DNA from: Welwitschia mirabilis
Taxonomy: Eukaryota
Length of the DNA stretch: 44,011 bases
Direction of reading: 5' to 3'
NCBI GenBank assembly: GCA_051453625.1
Contig: JBOZIK010000001.1
Coordinates: 12,003,796-12,047,806, forward strand
The first letter of the stretch is position 1. Each line of letters begins with the position of its first letter. The notes beneath the pieces were generated by a model. That model was not told where the DNA came from, made no database searches, and saw nothing but the letters and a program-made list of their open reading frames with translations. This document shows positions 26,361 through 39,178 of the stretch, one piece after another. The position numbers and the translations under genes were made by a program.

Positions 26361-28600
26361 AGGAGGCATTGAGATTCTAATTAGATCATGCATGGGACTA
26401 ATAAGATCCACTTTAATGCTCATTTAGGTCATGTCAATAGTTTATAATATAAGAGGATGCTATGATTCTAACTGGATGACTTGATATATCCACAGAAGCC
26501 ACCTTGATGCTTATGCAAGCTATTTCAGTAGTTTACAACATAAGGGGATACTAAGATTCTAATGGAATAACTCATGTAATCCAAAAAAGGTACCTTTATT
26601 AATATATAGGTTAAAGAAGTAGTTTAAAACATAAGAGGGCACTATGGTTTTAACTAGATCACTCCTAGGATCCAAGAAAGTCATCTTAGTGCTCATGCAA
26701 GTTATGTTAGTAGTTTACAATATAACGATACCTTAAGGTTTTGACTAAATCACCCATGAATCCCAAAAAATTCACCTTGATGCTTGTATAGGCCAAGTTA
26801 ATACTTCACAACATAAGGGGTATTAAGGTTTTGATTGGATAACTAGTAGAACCCACATAAGCCATCTCAATGCTCATGTAGATCATGTCATTAATTCACA
26901 ACATAACAAGGTCTTAAGGTTTTGACTAGATAGCCCATATAACCCACAAAAGATAACTTAATTATCATGCAAGTTAAAGATGTAGTTTACAATATAAGTA
27001 AGCACTAGAGTTCTAACTTGATCATCTCTAGAACTCATGAAATCCATCTCAATGCTTATATAGACCATGTTATTAGTTTATAATATAAGGGGATATCAAG
27101 GTTCTAATTGGATAACCCATATAATCTATAAGAGATACTTAGATTATCATGCAAGTCAAAGAAGCAGTTTATAATAGAAGAAAACCTTAGGGTTATGACT
27201 GAATCATTCCTAGAACTCAGGAAATCCACCCTGATGCTTATGCAGGCTATGTCAGTAGTTTACAACATGAGGAAGTGATAAGATTCTAACTAGATAGTCC
27301 ATATGATTCATAAAAGATATTTTATTTTTTATGCAAGTTAGAGAAGTAGATTACAACATAAGAGGATGTTAAGGTTCTAATTGGATCATCTCTAAGACTC
27401 ATAAAAACTACTTTAATGCTCGTGTAGTTTAAGTCAGTAGTTTACAACATAAGAAGGCATTACGGTTATGACTTGATAATCCATATAATCCAAAAAAGAT
27501 ACCTTGATTATTGTGTAGTTTAAAGAAGTAGTTTTAAATAAGAGGACAATAATATTTTAATCTAGATCACTTCTAAAACTTATGAAAACCATTTTTATGC
27601 TCATGTAGGCCATGTTATTATTTTATAACATAAGGAAGTATCAACATTTTAACAAGGAAGTCCATATAACTCACCAAAAAAAAAAAAGAAAACTGATTGT
27701 AATATAGGACAAAAAACTAGTTTACAACATAAGAAGTGTTAAGGTTCTGACTGAATCATCCTTAGGATCCACAAAATCCACCTTGATGCTCATAGATCAT
27801 GTTAACAATTTACAACAAAACAAAACACCAAGTTTATAAGTAGACAATCTATATGATTCACAAAGATATCTTAATTCTTATGTAGATTAAAGAAGCATTT
27901 TACAACATAAGGATGGACTAAGATACTAATTAGATCACCTTTAGGATCCATCAAAGTCATCTCAATGCTCGTTTAGATTATGTTAGTAGTTTACAACATA
28001 AAAAGTCATTAAGGTTCTGACTAGATAGCTCATATGGCCTAAAAAAAAACCTCAATTATTGTGTAAGTTAAACAAATAATCTACAACATAAAGGATGTCA
28101 AGGTTCTAATTGTATCACTCTTAAAACTCATAAATACCATCTTAATGCTTATGTAGGTTATGTTAGTATTTTACAAAATAAGGGAACACTTAATTTCTAA
28201 TTGGACAGTTCATATGATCCATAAAAGATATTTCAAGTATCATGTAAATCAAAGAAGTAGTTTACAACATAAGGGACCACTAAGGTTCTAACTAAACCAT
28301 TCCTAGGATTAGAAAAATCCATCTTAATGCTTATGTAGACTATGTTAGTAGTTTACAACATAATGAAGTACTAACATTCTAATTAGATATCCCATATGAT
28401 TCATAAATATCATACCATTTCTTGATAGTGCAATGAAATTAGTTTGAAAAACAAGGGGGTGTTAGGATTCTAATTTGATAGTTCATATGATCCATAAATG
28501 CTACATCATTACTTGACAATGCAAGAACATTAGTTTATAAAGTAGAGGAATGTTAAGCTTCTAACTACACAACTCATATGATGTATAGATGCCACATCAT
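26361..28600. repeat. Tandem array of ~24 monomers of ~91 bp with ~182-bp dimeric higher-order structure
   Basis: Anchor TTTACAACATAAG (or variants) recurs at about 26441, 26532, 26623, 26714, 26805, 26895, 26986, 27076, 27168, 27259, 27350, 27441, 27533, 27622, 27721, 27809, 27899, 27990, 28080, 28170, 28261, 28352, 28443 and 28534. Confidence 0.97.
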
Positions 28601-28739
28601 CATAAAAAAGATAAATTATAGTTATAAGTAAATTTCTTAAATAGATATCTACAAATTTAGATAACTTTTATTTTTTAATAATGACTACCATGATCATCAT
28701 AACTTTCAAAAATAAAATTCTAATTATATAAATGTGAAG

Positions 28740-30790
28740 AAAAGGGATGGGAGAAGAGGGCATGAGGGCAAAGCTTATATTAGTGGGTTATAGAAGAGTG
28801 TATGAATACTTGTGTTCCTACCTTAGCGAAAGACTTGACAAACCTTACAATTAATTTAAAAATACCCATGTTAATGTAGAAGCTTCAAAAAGATAAATAA
28901 ATAAGAAATTAGACTTGATTCTATAATATTTATAAGAATGATCTTAAAAGCAAAGAACTCATGAGTTATAATCTCAAATCTAAGCCCAAAATGAGAAAAT
29001 AAATCACTTAGTTAGGAAATCCTCATAGTCTACAAAGTAAATAACTCTAATGAATATCCATAAAAGAGATAACTGATGTAAAAATTAGACTCTTAATTCT
29101 CCACAAGAAATGATTTCCCATAAGATATATGATCATGAATTAATTGAGAATGTCAAAAACTTACAAATTCACATGTATGTTAGTGATCTTAAATCTTGTG
29201 AATAAGCCCTTAAGCAGTTACAATACATCAAAAACCACTTAAAACTAAAAAACATGCAAAATGAACAATGGAAAAAATGTGCAACTATGTTCTTATTCAG
29301 GGATGCTACAACATGGTGAAACCATTTAAGTGAATAATTTTTGTTCTTACTTATTTTTTAAATAATAAGAAAATGTATTTTAAGTGTTTAAGAATAGAAA
29401 TAATAACTCTCAAGGAACATAGGGAGGACTTTCAAAGTCTATCTAAATATCAAACACATTAAGAACTAAAAGAATTGGCAAATGACTTCATAGAAACTTT
29501 AGCACTAAGATTTCAAAATCTCATTTCTTGATTTAAGTCAAAATCACTTCATGAAGATTATCAAAAAATCAATTATTATATGAAAGTAAAAAATCACTTA
29601 CCATGCAAAGTTGAATGGCTAGCATTGTACAATCATCACAATATTTAGAAAATTAACAAAACATGTCATCACAATAATTAAGGAAATCATTAGTCACCTA
29701 AATGAATAGTCAAGTCCCAAGTATTATCATCATAAGAAAAAAGGATACCTCATGAGAAACCACCCTAACAATAAGGATATAACTAAGAAAATCTTATCCC
29801 CTCCTAGATAAGAATAAGTACAAATTGAGAAGTAAATTTTCATGATCATCTAAACAAGTTTTATATAAGAATTAAGCTTAAATGATTATTAGATAATAAA
29901 CTTATTTTATTTCTTATTAATAGTAGTATTAGTGATAATGTCACTTCACCAAAAATTACAAATTATTTTTAAAATAAGATAAGGAGAGATTATATCTCTA
30001 AAGTAAAAGTTTTAGGTAGTACAGTTTTAATTTAATTCAACCTTTATGCAGAGTTAACTTTTACCCTTGATATATTTAAATTTCATAGACAAATGTTATG
30101 TATTTCATATTCACAAGTATGATGTGATCTTAGGAATATCTCTATTGGATAGATATAATTTAAAATCTTCATTTCAAAAATGAACTCTTTTTATTCCAAA
30201 CCTATCTTGAGGTTAGGGTCTCAGAGGGGAAGATAATAGGAAATAAATTCTATTTATGACAAAAAAGTAAATATTAAAATCCATCAAAAGAACACTATTA
30301 TTTTGTGCTATTATTACAAAATAAGATAAAGTCCAATTTCCAAAATAACTACATGTATTCCATGAAGTTTTCAAAAAAAAAGTTGGAAAGTTTAATACTA
30401 TATAGAAATTGTACCAAGTGTAAAACCAATTTCTTGATTCCCATATCACTTTTTAATAGGGAACTAATGGTACAAACTGAATAATTCATAAAAGAAAGAA
30501 AAATTCGACTTATTATGTCACCATAAGAAGCACTAGTTTTGTTTGTAAAGAAGAAATATGGATTGCTCTATCTATGCATTGATTATTAATAATTAAATAA
30601 AATAATCATTAGGAACAAATTTATGTTACATAGAATTGATGATTTATTTGATCAATTATTTGAGGCATTATACTTTATCAAGATCAATTTAAAGTCAAGA
30701 TACCATTAAATTCACATCAAGAAAACTAATATTCTAGAAATAGCATTTAAAATAAAATAGAGTTATTTTGAATTTAGGATAATACCTTTT
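28740..30790 (+). pseudogene. Chromovirus-type Ty3/gypsy gag-PR-RT remnant, truncated within RT
   Basis: Gag CATMFLFRDATTW* (~29278), protease FLINSSISDN (~29910) and YDVILG (~30118), [46 protein letters not shown]...FEFRIIPF (30518-30790). Left boundary approximate. Confidence 0.9.
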
Positions 30791-31914
30791 ATTAAGTTAT
30801 ATTTTGCCAAGTTAATGTCAAATTAACATTTTCTAGTATAGCAAAATGTGCTATATTTCTTACAAAAAATATTAATCATTATAGGTCAGAAGTAGAAAAC
30901 ATTTATCACTAACCTTACTTAAGCCTAACAAGTTACAATCCCTTAAAAGGATTGACCAGATTTCTAAGGGTTTAACCAACCCTATACTAAGAAATGTTAA
31001 AACAAAATTATTGAGGGATCGATTAAATTCTTAAGAGGTTGACTAGACTTGAAATAAAAATGTGTTTAGCCTTTTATTATTAAGGCTAGACCTAGATCTT
31101 ATGTGATTAACTATACCCTAGATGAAGTAGACTCAACATGAAGGCATAAAAGGCTCAGGTCGATCGGAAGAAGATGGGGTCAACTAATTTTAGTGATGGC
31201 ACTCAATAGGGTCGATAGAACAGTTAGAGGAATTAATTAATCATGATAAAAAGGGCATTTTCCTAGCTGTTGCTTTTTTATTTTTATCCATTAGAGAATC
31301 AGATCTACTTGTAAAACCATAAAATGTATCTCCTATGTATTTCTTAGTAGTCAAATCATTATATCCCTTGCACCTGACCAAAACGAATGAGCATATTTTT
31401 CATTATTAATCATTTGGTTAAATAGTTTTTAAGGTACATACTTGGATTTATAATATCATTTTAAATAGTGTAGTACTATTATTATTGTACTTTAGATCTA
31501 GTAAAACTTGTGCATTATGACATACTATTAACATTGAAAAGCATTCTCTTGAAAGATTGAGACTAATCCTTTGAAAAGTATAATTGTAAAAGGTTACAAG
31601 TAAATCTAAGATACCTAGAAAGTAAGTAACAAAGATCTATATCATTCTTAAGTAGAATTTGATTGCTGAGGGTGAAGTAGAGGGTTTCATAAACCATTAT
31701 AAAATGTGTGTCTATCAATATCCATTGGTATTTTTTATTTTTAGTTATTTTTCTTTCAAATAATTTTTTATATTTCATATGCATAAATATTTAATTTTAA
31801 GTATTCAATAATTTTTAGAGATAAGTTATGAATTAATTGTTATAAAATCCTATTCACCCTCCTATTCCTCTTTTCCCTTCCTTCATCCATTCCTCTAGGT
31901 TTCTAGACCCTTTA
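30790..31914 (+). repeat. Sirevirus 5' LTR
   Basis: Begins where the gypsy RT breaks; repeated GTCGAC-like motifs at 30945-31225; U5 CCTATTCACCC...CCTCTAGG; followed by PBS. Confidence 0.8.
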
Positions 31915-31916
31915 TT

Positions 31917-31928
31917 TAGTATTAGAAT
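31917..31928 (+). promoter_or_regulatory. Degenerate tRNA-iMet primer binding site
   Basis: TAGTATTAGAAT versus canonical TGGTATCAGAGC (all four differences are G>A or C>T), located between LTR end and gag. Confidence 0.7.
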
Positions 31929-31969
31929 GTGGTTAAGTCATTCATAGATCTAGATTCTAAATCCTAATT

Positions 31970-34900
31970 GTAAGTAATCCTTTTGATGGTGTCTCTACTG
32001 GAAGATCACTTTGGTGGAATAAACTATGCCTACTAAAGGCTTATATGAGGATCTTCCTTAGAACCTTAGATGTAGACATAGAGGAGGTAATTTACACTAG
32101 TTATGTCATGTCCAAATTATCCAAGTGGTAAAAAACTCTCGAGACTAATGGACCCATGTCAACAAAGCCAAGGCTACCCTAGATGCCTATGCTCATAATG
32201 TTATTTTTATGTAGTATGTGTAGATGAATTTAAGAGGACTGTGAACTATGAACATGCCTAAGAAGCTTAGGATATTCTGGAAATAGCATATTAAGAAACA
32301 TCCACTATAAAGTAATAAAAGCTATAGTTTCTTATATCTAAGTTTGAAGACATTCACATGAAAGAAGAAGAGACTCTGTAATAGTTCTTTGCTAGATTAA
32401 TAGATACAGTAAACTGTATGATAAGTCTAAGTGAGAAAATAGATGAAGAAAAGTTTGTATGAAAAGTTTTAAGATCTCTTCCAAAATGCTTTAAGCCAAA
32501 GGTCATAGCCCTCAAGAAAAGTAAGAACATCAATCAAATGGTACTTTAGGAACTTCAAGGTAATCTTCAATCTTATGAGTTAAAGTTTTCTAAAGATAAA
32601 AAGAAAAGTCTTGCATTTAAAAATATGCAAGAAGATCTTGATGAAGATGAGGTTATCATTTTGGTAAGAAGATTTAAAACATTCTTACATAGAAGAAAGA
32701 AATAAGGTAAACTAAGTAAGGGGTTAAGAGGGGTTATTTCAAACTAAGAAGAGATCCAAAAAAAGGAAAGGAGATTCAATGTTATACCTGCAAGGGATAT
32801 GAACATGTTACAAACAAATGATAAAACAATATAAGAGATTAGAGGAAATCTAAAACATCATTCTTAATTGCCATCTAGGATGACGTATATGATAAAGATA
32901 ATAATAGCTCAAGCCAAGAGTCAGATGAAGACAAGATACTTTCTTTCATGGCAATAGTACCCCTCATAAAGAACATGCTTTACTTAATAGAACCAAAAGA
33001 CCTATATCTTATTAAAGAAGATCAAAATAAGGTGGAATATACTTGTAAATAACTCTATTTAGAATGTCAAAAATTGGTAAAACAAATCAACAAACTAAAT
33101 AATATAGTAAAGCTCTAAAAAAATGAAAAAGAAAAGTTAGAGATAAAGTATAGGATGGTTCAAATAGAAAACTAACTCAAGAGGTAAAAATCTTATCTTA
33201 CTTTATAAATAAATTTTGAAATAACTTAAGTAAATTGGAATAGGTGCTTCGGACATAAAGACTAGTCAATAATAAGAAAGGCATTAGCTTCATCTCTCAA
33301 AAAGCATGCAATCAATTGAATCAGGTAACATGGCAAAATAACTCTATGTCAAAAATTATGTATCATTTTTGTGAAAAATAAGTCATTCAAAATTATTTTG
33401 TAATGCTAGAAAGTTAATGATTTATTCAAATTCTATTAGTAGTTTTCCATTTAAATTTGTCCCAAGAGGATTTATGCCACAATAGTTTAAATGGACTAAG
33501 TAGGTAAGGGCTAATAATTTGAAAATTTTATTGATTCAAATAGCTTTTAAAGTATCAAATGGAACTTGTTGGTACTTGGATAGTGGTTGTTCTAAATACA
33601 TATTAGATGACAAATTAAGATTCTAGCATCTAAATGACTTTGATGATGAAGAAGTAATGTTTGGTGATAACAGAAGAGCAAAGATCAAAGGGATTAAAAG
33701 CATTGATGGAGGTAACATGCCTAAGATTAACGAAGTTTTATATGTGAATGGTCTTAAGCATAATTCACTAAGTATTAGTCAAATCTGTGATAAAGATTAT
33801 AGAATCATTTTTGATAGTAAAAAGTATGAAGTTAGACATGGAAAAATGAATAATATTATTCTTAACATAAATAGAATAGATAATGTTTACAGCATTGATT
33901 AGTCTTGATCTATTTGTTATTTTAGTCATGTAAATCAAGAAGGACTATGACAACAATAATTAGAACATGTACATTATGATCATCTCTAAACAATTATTAA
34001 AAAGGAAATTGTGAAAGAAATTCCCAAGATTAACATTGAAAAAAAGGGGATTTGTGATGCATGTCAAAAAGAACAACAAGTTAGGACTTTTCAAAAGAGT
34101 AAAAATCTAGTCTCCACAGCAATGCCTCTTGAGCTTATTCATATAAACTTGGTGGGTCTAACCCAAACATAAAGTCTAGTAAGAAAACGTTATTTCTTAG
34201 CTATGGTTGATAGCTACTCTAGATTTACTTGGGTTTCTTTCTTAGAAAACAAATTTGAAACTTATAAAAGTTGTGTTGAAATTCGCAATAAAATTAAAAA
34301 TGAGAAAGGATACACCGTCAAAAAATTAGGAGTGATTATGGAGGAGAATTTAAAAATCATCTATTTGAAAAGTATTGTGTAGACAATAGTATAAAACATT
34401 AGTTATTAGCCTCAAAGACACCTCCAAAAAATGAAATTGNNNNNNNNNNNNNNNNNNNNNNNNNNNNNNNNNNNNNNNNNNNNNNNNNNNNNNNNNNNNN
34501 NNNNNNNNNNNNNNNNNNNNNNNNNNNNNNNNNNNNNNNAGGTAGCATGCTTAAATTAATGAAGTTTTATATGTAAATGGTCTTAAATATAATTTGCTAA
34601 GTATTATTTAAATCTATGATAAAGGATATAAATTTATTTTTGATAGTCAAAAGTGTGAATTTATACATGGTAAAATAAATGATGTTCTTCTTAAAGCAAA
34701 TAGAATAGATAATATTTATAGCATTAATCAGTCTTTACCTACTTGTTATTTTTGTCATATAAATCAACAAGATTTATGAAACTAGCAATTAGAACATGTA
34801 AACTATTAGCATCTAAAAACCATCATTAAAAAGAATATTGTGAAAGAAATCCCTAAGACTAACATTTAAAAACATAGATATATGATGCTTATCAAAAAGG

Positions 34901-37388
34901 AAAACAAGTTAGGGCTTCTCATAAAAGTAAAAATATAGTCTCCTCAATAAAGCCACTTGAACTCATTCATATGGACTTGGTGAGTCCTACCCAAACTAAA
35001 GGTCTAGGAGAAAAATGATATTTCTTGACTATGATTAATGGCTACTTTAGATTTACTTGGATTATTTTCTTAGGAAACAAAGCTAAAACTTTTAAAAGTT
35101 GTATTGAAATATATAACAAAATCCAAAATGAGAAAGGATGCACTATCAAATATATTAGAAGTAATCATGGAGGAGAATTTAAAAATTATCTTTTTAAGAA
35201 GTATTATATAAACAATGGTATAGAACATCAGTTCTTATCCCCAAAGACTCCTCAATAAAATGGAATTATAGAGAATAAAAATTGAGTCTTTCAGGAAATG
35301 GCAATAACAATGCTAAATGATAAGAAAGTTCCTAAAACATTTGGGCTAAAGTCATAAGAATTGCTTGCTACATTATCAATAGAGATTATTTAAGACCAGG
35401 TATGGGTAAAATTTCTTTAAGCTTTGGAAAGAAAGAAAACCAAATGTTTTATATTTTAAAGTCTTTAAACGTAAATGCTTTATCTTAAAAGGTAGAGAAT
35501 ATTTGAGCAAATTTGAGTTCAAAGCTAATGAAGGAATCTTTTTAGGATACTCAACTAGAAGTAGATCCTATCAAATTTTTAATAAATGAATTCTAATAAT
35601 GGAAGAATCTATAAATGTTTAAATAGATGAATTTAGTATAAAACTTCTTCCTTCAAATGGTAAAGAAAATCTGACTCCAAGCACCTCCGTAATAAAAGAA
35701 GTAACAACTAAAAAGGAAGAAGATCTATCTCAAGAAGTTACTTTTAAAAAGTTTAAAGAGCTAAAATATCATCAAATAAAGTCAATCATTAGAGATGTAA
35801 GCTAAAAAATATAAATAATAAATTCTCTTAAAAATCACTATCCCCACATTTTTTATGTCTCTTAAATTAAACCTGAAAAGTTTAAAGAGATAAAATCTCT
35901 TGAAGAATGGATGATGATTGTGCAACATGAACTTTAAAAATTTAAAAGAAATAATATTTAAAACTTGTAGAAATATTAAAAGATCAAAATGTAATTAAAA
36001 CAACATAAGTGTTTAAGAACAAGTGTGATTAATAAAATAATGTGATTAAAAATAAGGTAAGATTAGTGGCCCAAGAATATAACCAGATTAAAGGAATAGA
36101 TGTAAAATACATATTTGCTCTAGTGGCTAGACTAGGTAGTATTAAAATGTTTCTCTTACATGCAACCTTTAAGACATTAAAGTTTTTCAAATGGAATTAA
36201 AAAGTACCTTTCTAAAGAAAAATCTCAATGAAGAAGTGTATGTAAAACAACCTTAAGATTTCATAGATCCATATAAGTCAAACCATGTATATAGACTCAA
36301 AAAGTCTTTGTATAGTTTAAAATAAGCTCTAAGGGCTTGGTATGAAAAACTAAAAACTTTTATTAATTAAAATAGCTACACTTCTAGAGCTATAGATAAA
36401 TCCTTATTTGTAAAAAATCTTATTATCGTTTAAATCTATGTAGATGACATAAGTTTTAGATCCTTGAATAAAGTTATCTTAAAATAATTCACTAGATATA
36501 TAACAACACACTTTGAAATGACTATGCTTAGTAAAGTTCACATGTCTCTTAGTCTTCAAATCAAATAAAAAAAACATGAAATCTTAATATCTCAGTCTAA
36601 ATAATCAAGGGAATTGATCAAATAATTTAGACTAAAAAAATGAAAAATCAACTAACACATCCATGTCAAATTCATGTAAGTTTAATCCTAATGAATATGG
36701 AAAATGTATGGACTAAAAAATTTATAGCATCATGATAGAAATTTTATTATATTTAATCATAAGTAAACTTGATATAATTTTTAATATTGCTATTTATGTT
36801 AAATATTAGACTCAACCAAAGGAATCACACCTTTAAACTATCAAAAGGATCATATGATATATAAAAGGTACAAGTGACTATGAATTATGATATCCTATAG
36901 AAAATTCCTTTGAACTTATAGGTTCTAGTGATGTAAACTAGGCTAGTTGTAAAGATGATAAAAAAAGTACTAGTGGAAACTATTTTCTTTTAGGATCATG
37001 CTTAGTAGGATGGAAAAGTAAGAAGCAAAACTCTATCTTTCTTTTCATAATATAAGTAAAATATATAATAGAAGTGAGGAGTTGTACCCATCTTCTATGA
37101 ATAAAGGAAATACTTAAAGACTTTTAAATAAATTTTGAATAGGTTTCAANNNNNNNNNNNNNNNNNNNNNNNNNNNNNNNNNNNNNNNNNNNNNNNNNNN
37201 NNNNNNNNNNNNNNNNNNNNNNCTAAGACATCATTTTCTTAGAGATCAAGTAGAAAAAGGCAACATTTCTATGAATTTTATAAGCACTGATAGACAACTA
37301 GCTGATATTTTCATAAAACACCTGAACTGTAATAACTTTCTAAGTTTTCTTCATGAACTAGAGGTTGTCTCTCCATCCTTTAGCTAAA
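31970..37388 (+). pseudogene. Copia gag-pol pseudogene
   Basis: INYAY*KAYMRIFL, CYTCKGYEH, WYLDSGCSKY, VLYVNGLKHNSLSISQICD, IRSNHGGEF, IYVDDI (~36435), [33 protein letters not shown]...QLADIFIK; many stops and frameshifts. Confidence 0.95.
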
Positions 37389-37769
37389 CGTAGGGTAGTT
37401 GACCCAATATTACATTTAGTCAACTAGATTTAGAGAATAAGTTGAATTAACTACATTTTATTTAGTCATCTGATCTTTCTTAGATCAACTTGAACCTAGT
37501 TAGCTCAACCAAATTAAAGTCTTGGTTGACTAGACCTAAATGTATTATGACTTAAATTTCATTGAGTTAACTAGATTAGAACCTAGTGGACTAGACCTAT
37601 AAAGTTATAGAGTAAGATATAGGTAATGGATCCTTTTTTTATTAAATTTAACTTGAGTGCCCCTCTTTATAAAATCTTGTAGAATCCTAACCTTTCTTAT
37701 TTATATCTGTTCACCTATCTCTCTTAGATCTTGCTATCTTTCTCCATTACTTTTTTCTTCAGAAAGTGC

Positions 37770-38538
37770 CACATGCTTTTAAATCGCAAAGGGTCCCTCT
37801 AGAAGAGCTCATTAGAAGGAGCTAGCCAGTAAAGGTCTAGGTTATTTTTACTCTTGAATGTTAAATAATGCTTTGGATAAGTTCTTTAAGAAGTTTAAGA
37901 AGAAGCCTATTTGTTAAGAAAGGGCTATTGTTTTTGAGGAACTTAGAAAGATAAGAGATATAGTAAGGATATTAAATGAACTTGATCTTTCTTATTTTCT
38001 TAAGGTTTCTAGGTTAACCTACCCTTTTCTTACTCATATGTTTTACTATAATGCTTTATTTGATGCTGATTCCTCTATCTTTATAATTGGAAAGAAGGAT
38101 TAAAGTTACTACAAATTTGATAGCCTTACTTACAAATCTCCCTAGAGGAGATTATGAGGAGTTTTATTCCTTGCATAATTTCATGAAAAAAAAGGTAGAG
38201 ATTACTAGGGAACTCTGTGATAAACTCATTTATTGAAAAACCACTATTTCCATCTTCTTCCTTATCTCAAAATACTATTTTCTCTATTTGGTTTTTGTTA
38301 TAATCTTTTACCTCTTATAGTTCATCTAATAAGACCTTCAAATATCATCCTTATCTATTATATTTGGTAGAAACTGGTCATTTTATTTAGGTTCCTATCA
38401 TTATTCTTAAAAATATGGTCTCTCAATTGGAATATTATAAAACTAGAGCTCTTCCTTACTTTGTTTTGATTGCAAATATCTATTATCATTTTAAAGTCTA
38501 GTTACATTTAAAGCTAGAAAATTTAACTCTTATTTCTT
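37770..38538 (+). pseudogene. Sirevirus env-like ORF remnant, cut by an A LTR
   Basis: Downstream of RNaseH; YPFLTHMFYYN (~38019) and ALPYFVLIANIYYHFKV (~38448), typical of plant retroelement extra ORFs. Confidence 0.7.
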
Positions 38539-39178
38539 TGTTGTGATGTATATTTCTGAAAATGATTAAGCTAAATAAGATCCTATCATTCACAAATAAA
38601 ATAGATATTTTCATAACACAATACTCTAATATAAATGGGAGTTAACCTAGATTTCATAATTCATTTAAGGTCTAGGCTATAGAAAGAGAATTGATTTTCA
38701 TAAGAAACACTTTTTATTCTATCAACAGACATAAATTTTAATGCAAGAAAGCACCATGTAATACACTTATGCAAAGTTAATTTAAAAAAAGGAAATAGCA
38801 ATGCATCTAAACTGAAAATACTCAACCTTAACAAATATTATCCTCATAACTTATATCACTCAAAAAACTATTACTAAATTAGAAGTATCATAAACTATAA
38901 GGGATAAGAACAAACAATCATAGAAAATGAAAAATAAGTATTTATATTAATTAAACCACATCTGTGTTATAAAGTAGCTACACATTAATGAAGGAATCAT
39001 AGCCCAACACTAAAGAAGACGTCTCTTTAGAACTATTAAGATGGATCTCTAGCCTTTTGATCTCCTATCACAAGAATTTATGATGCAAATATAGACAAGC
39101 AGGAGTTGAGAGAAGAATTGATACTTATTGATATAAAGCACATAATAAAAGATAGACAGATACGCGGCAGTACAATCC
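38539..39178 (-). repeat. Family A LTR, distal half (A4), interrupted by another A LTR
   Basis: Starts TGTTGTGATGTATATTT (LTR terminus); 38960-39065 is homologous to 7335-7437. Confidence 0.8.

Larger units (their letters stand above)
30790..38538 (+). mobile_element. Sirevirus (SIRE/Maximus) Ty1/copia element, decayed; probably two copies joined at the gap 34440-34539
   Basis: 5' LTR, PBS, gag with two CCHC-like knuckles (~32780, ~33358), WYLDSGCS protease, integrase, RT YVDD, RNaseH, then an extra env-like ORF; copia domain order PR-IN-RT-RH. Confidence 0.92.

Noticed and set aside
26361-28600. CRISPR-like repeat-spacer array next to a reverse transcriptase
   Set aside because: Sequence between the conserved anchors is homologous from unit to unit, so there are no unique spacers; there are no cas genes and the RT is an ordinary plant gypsy RT.
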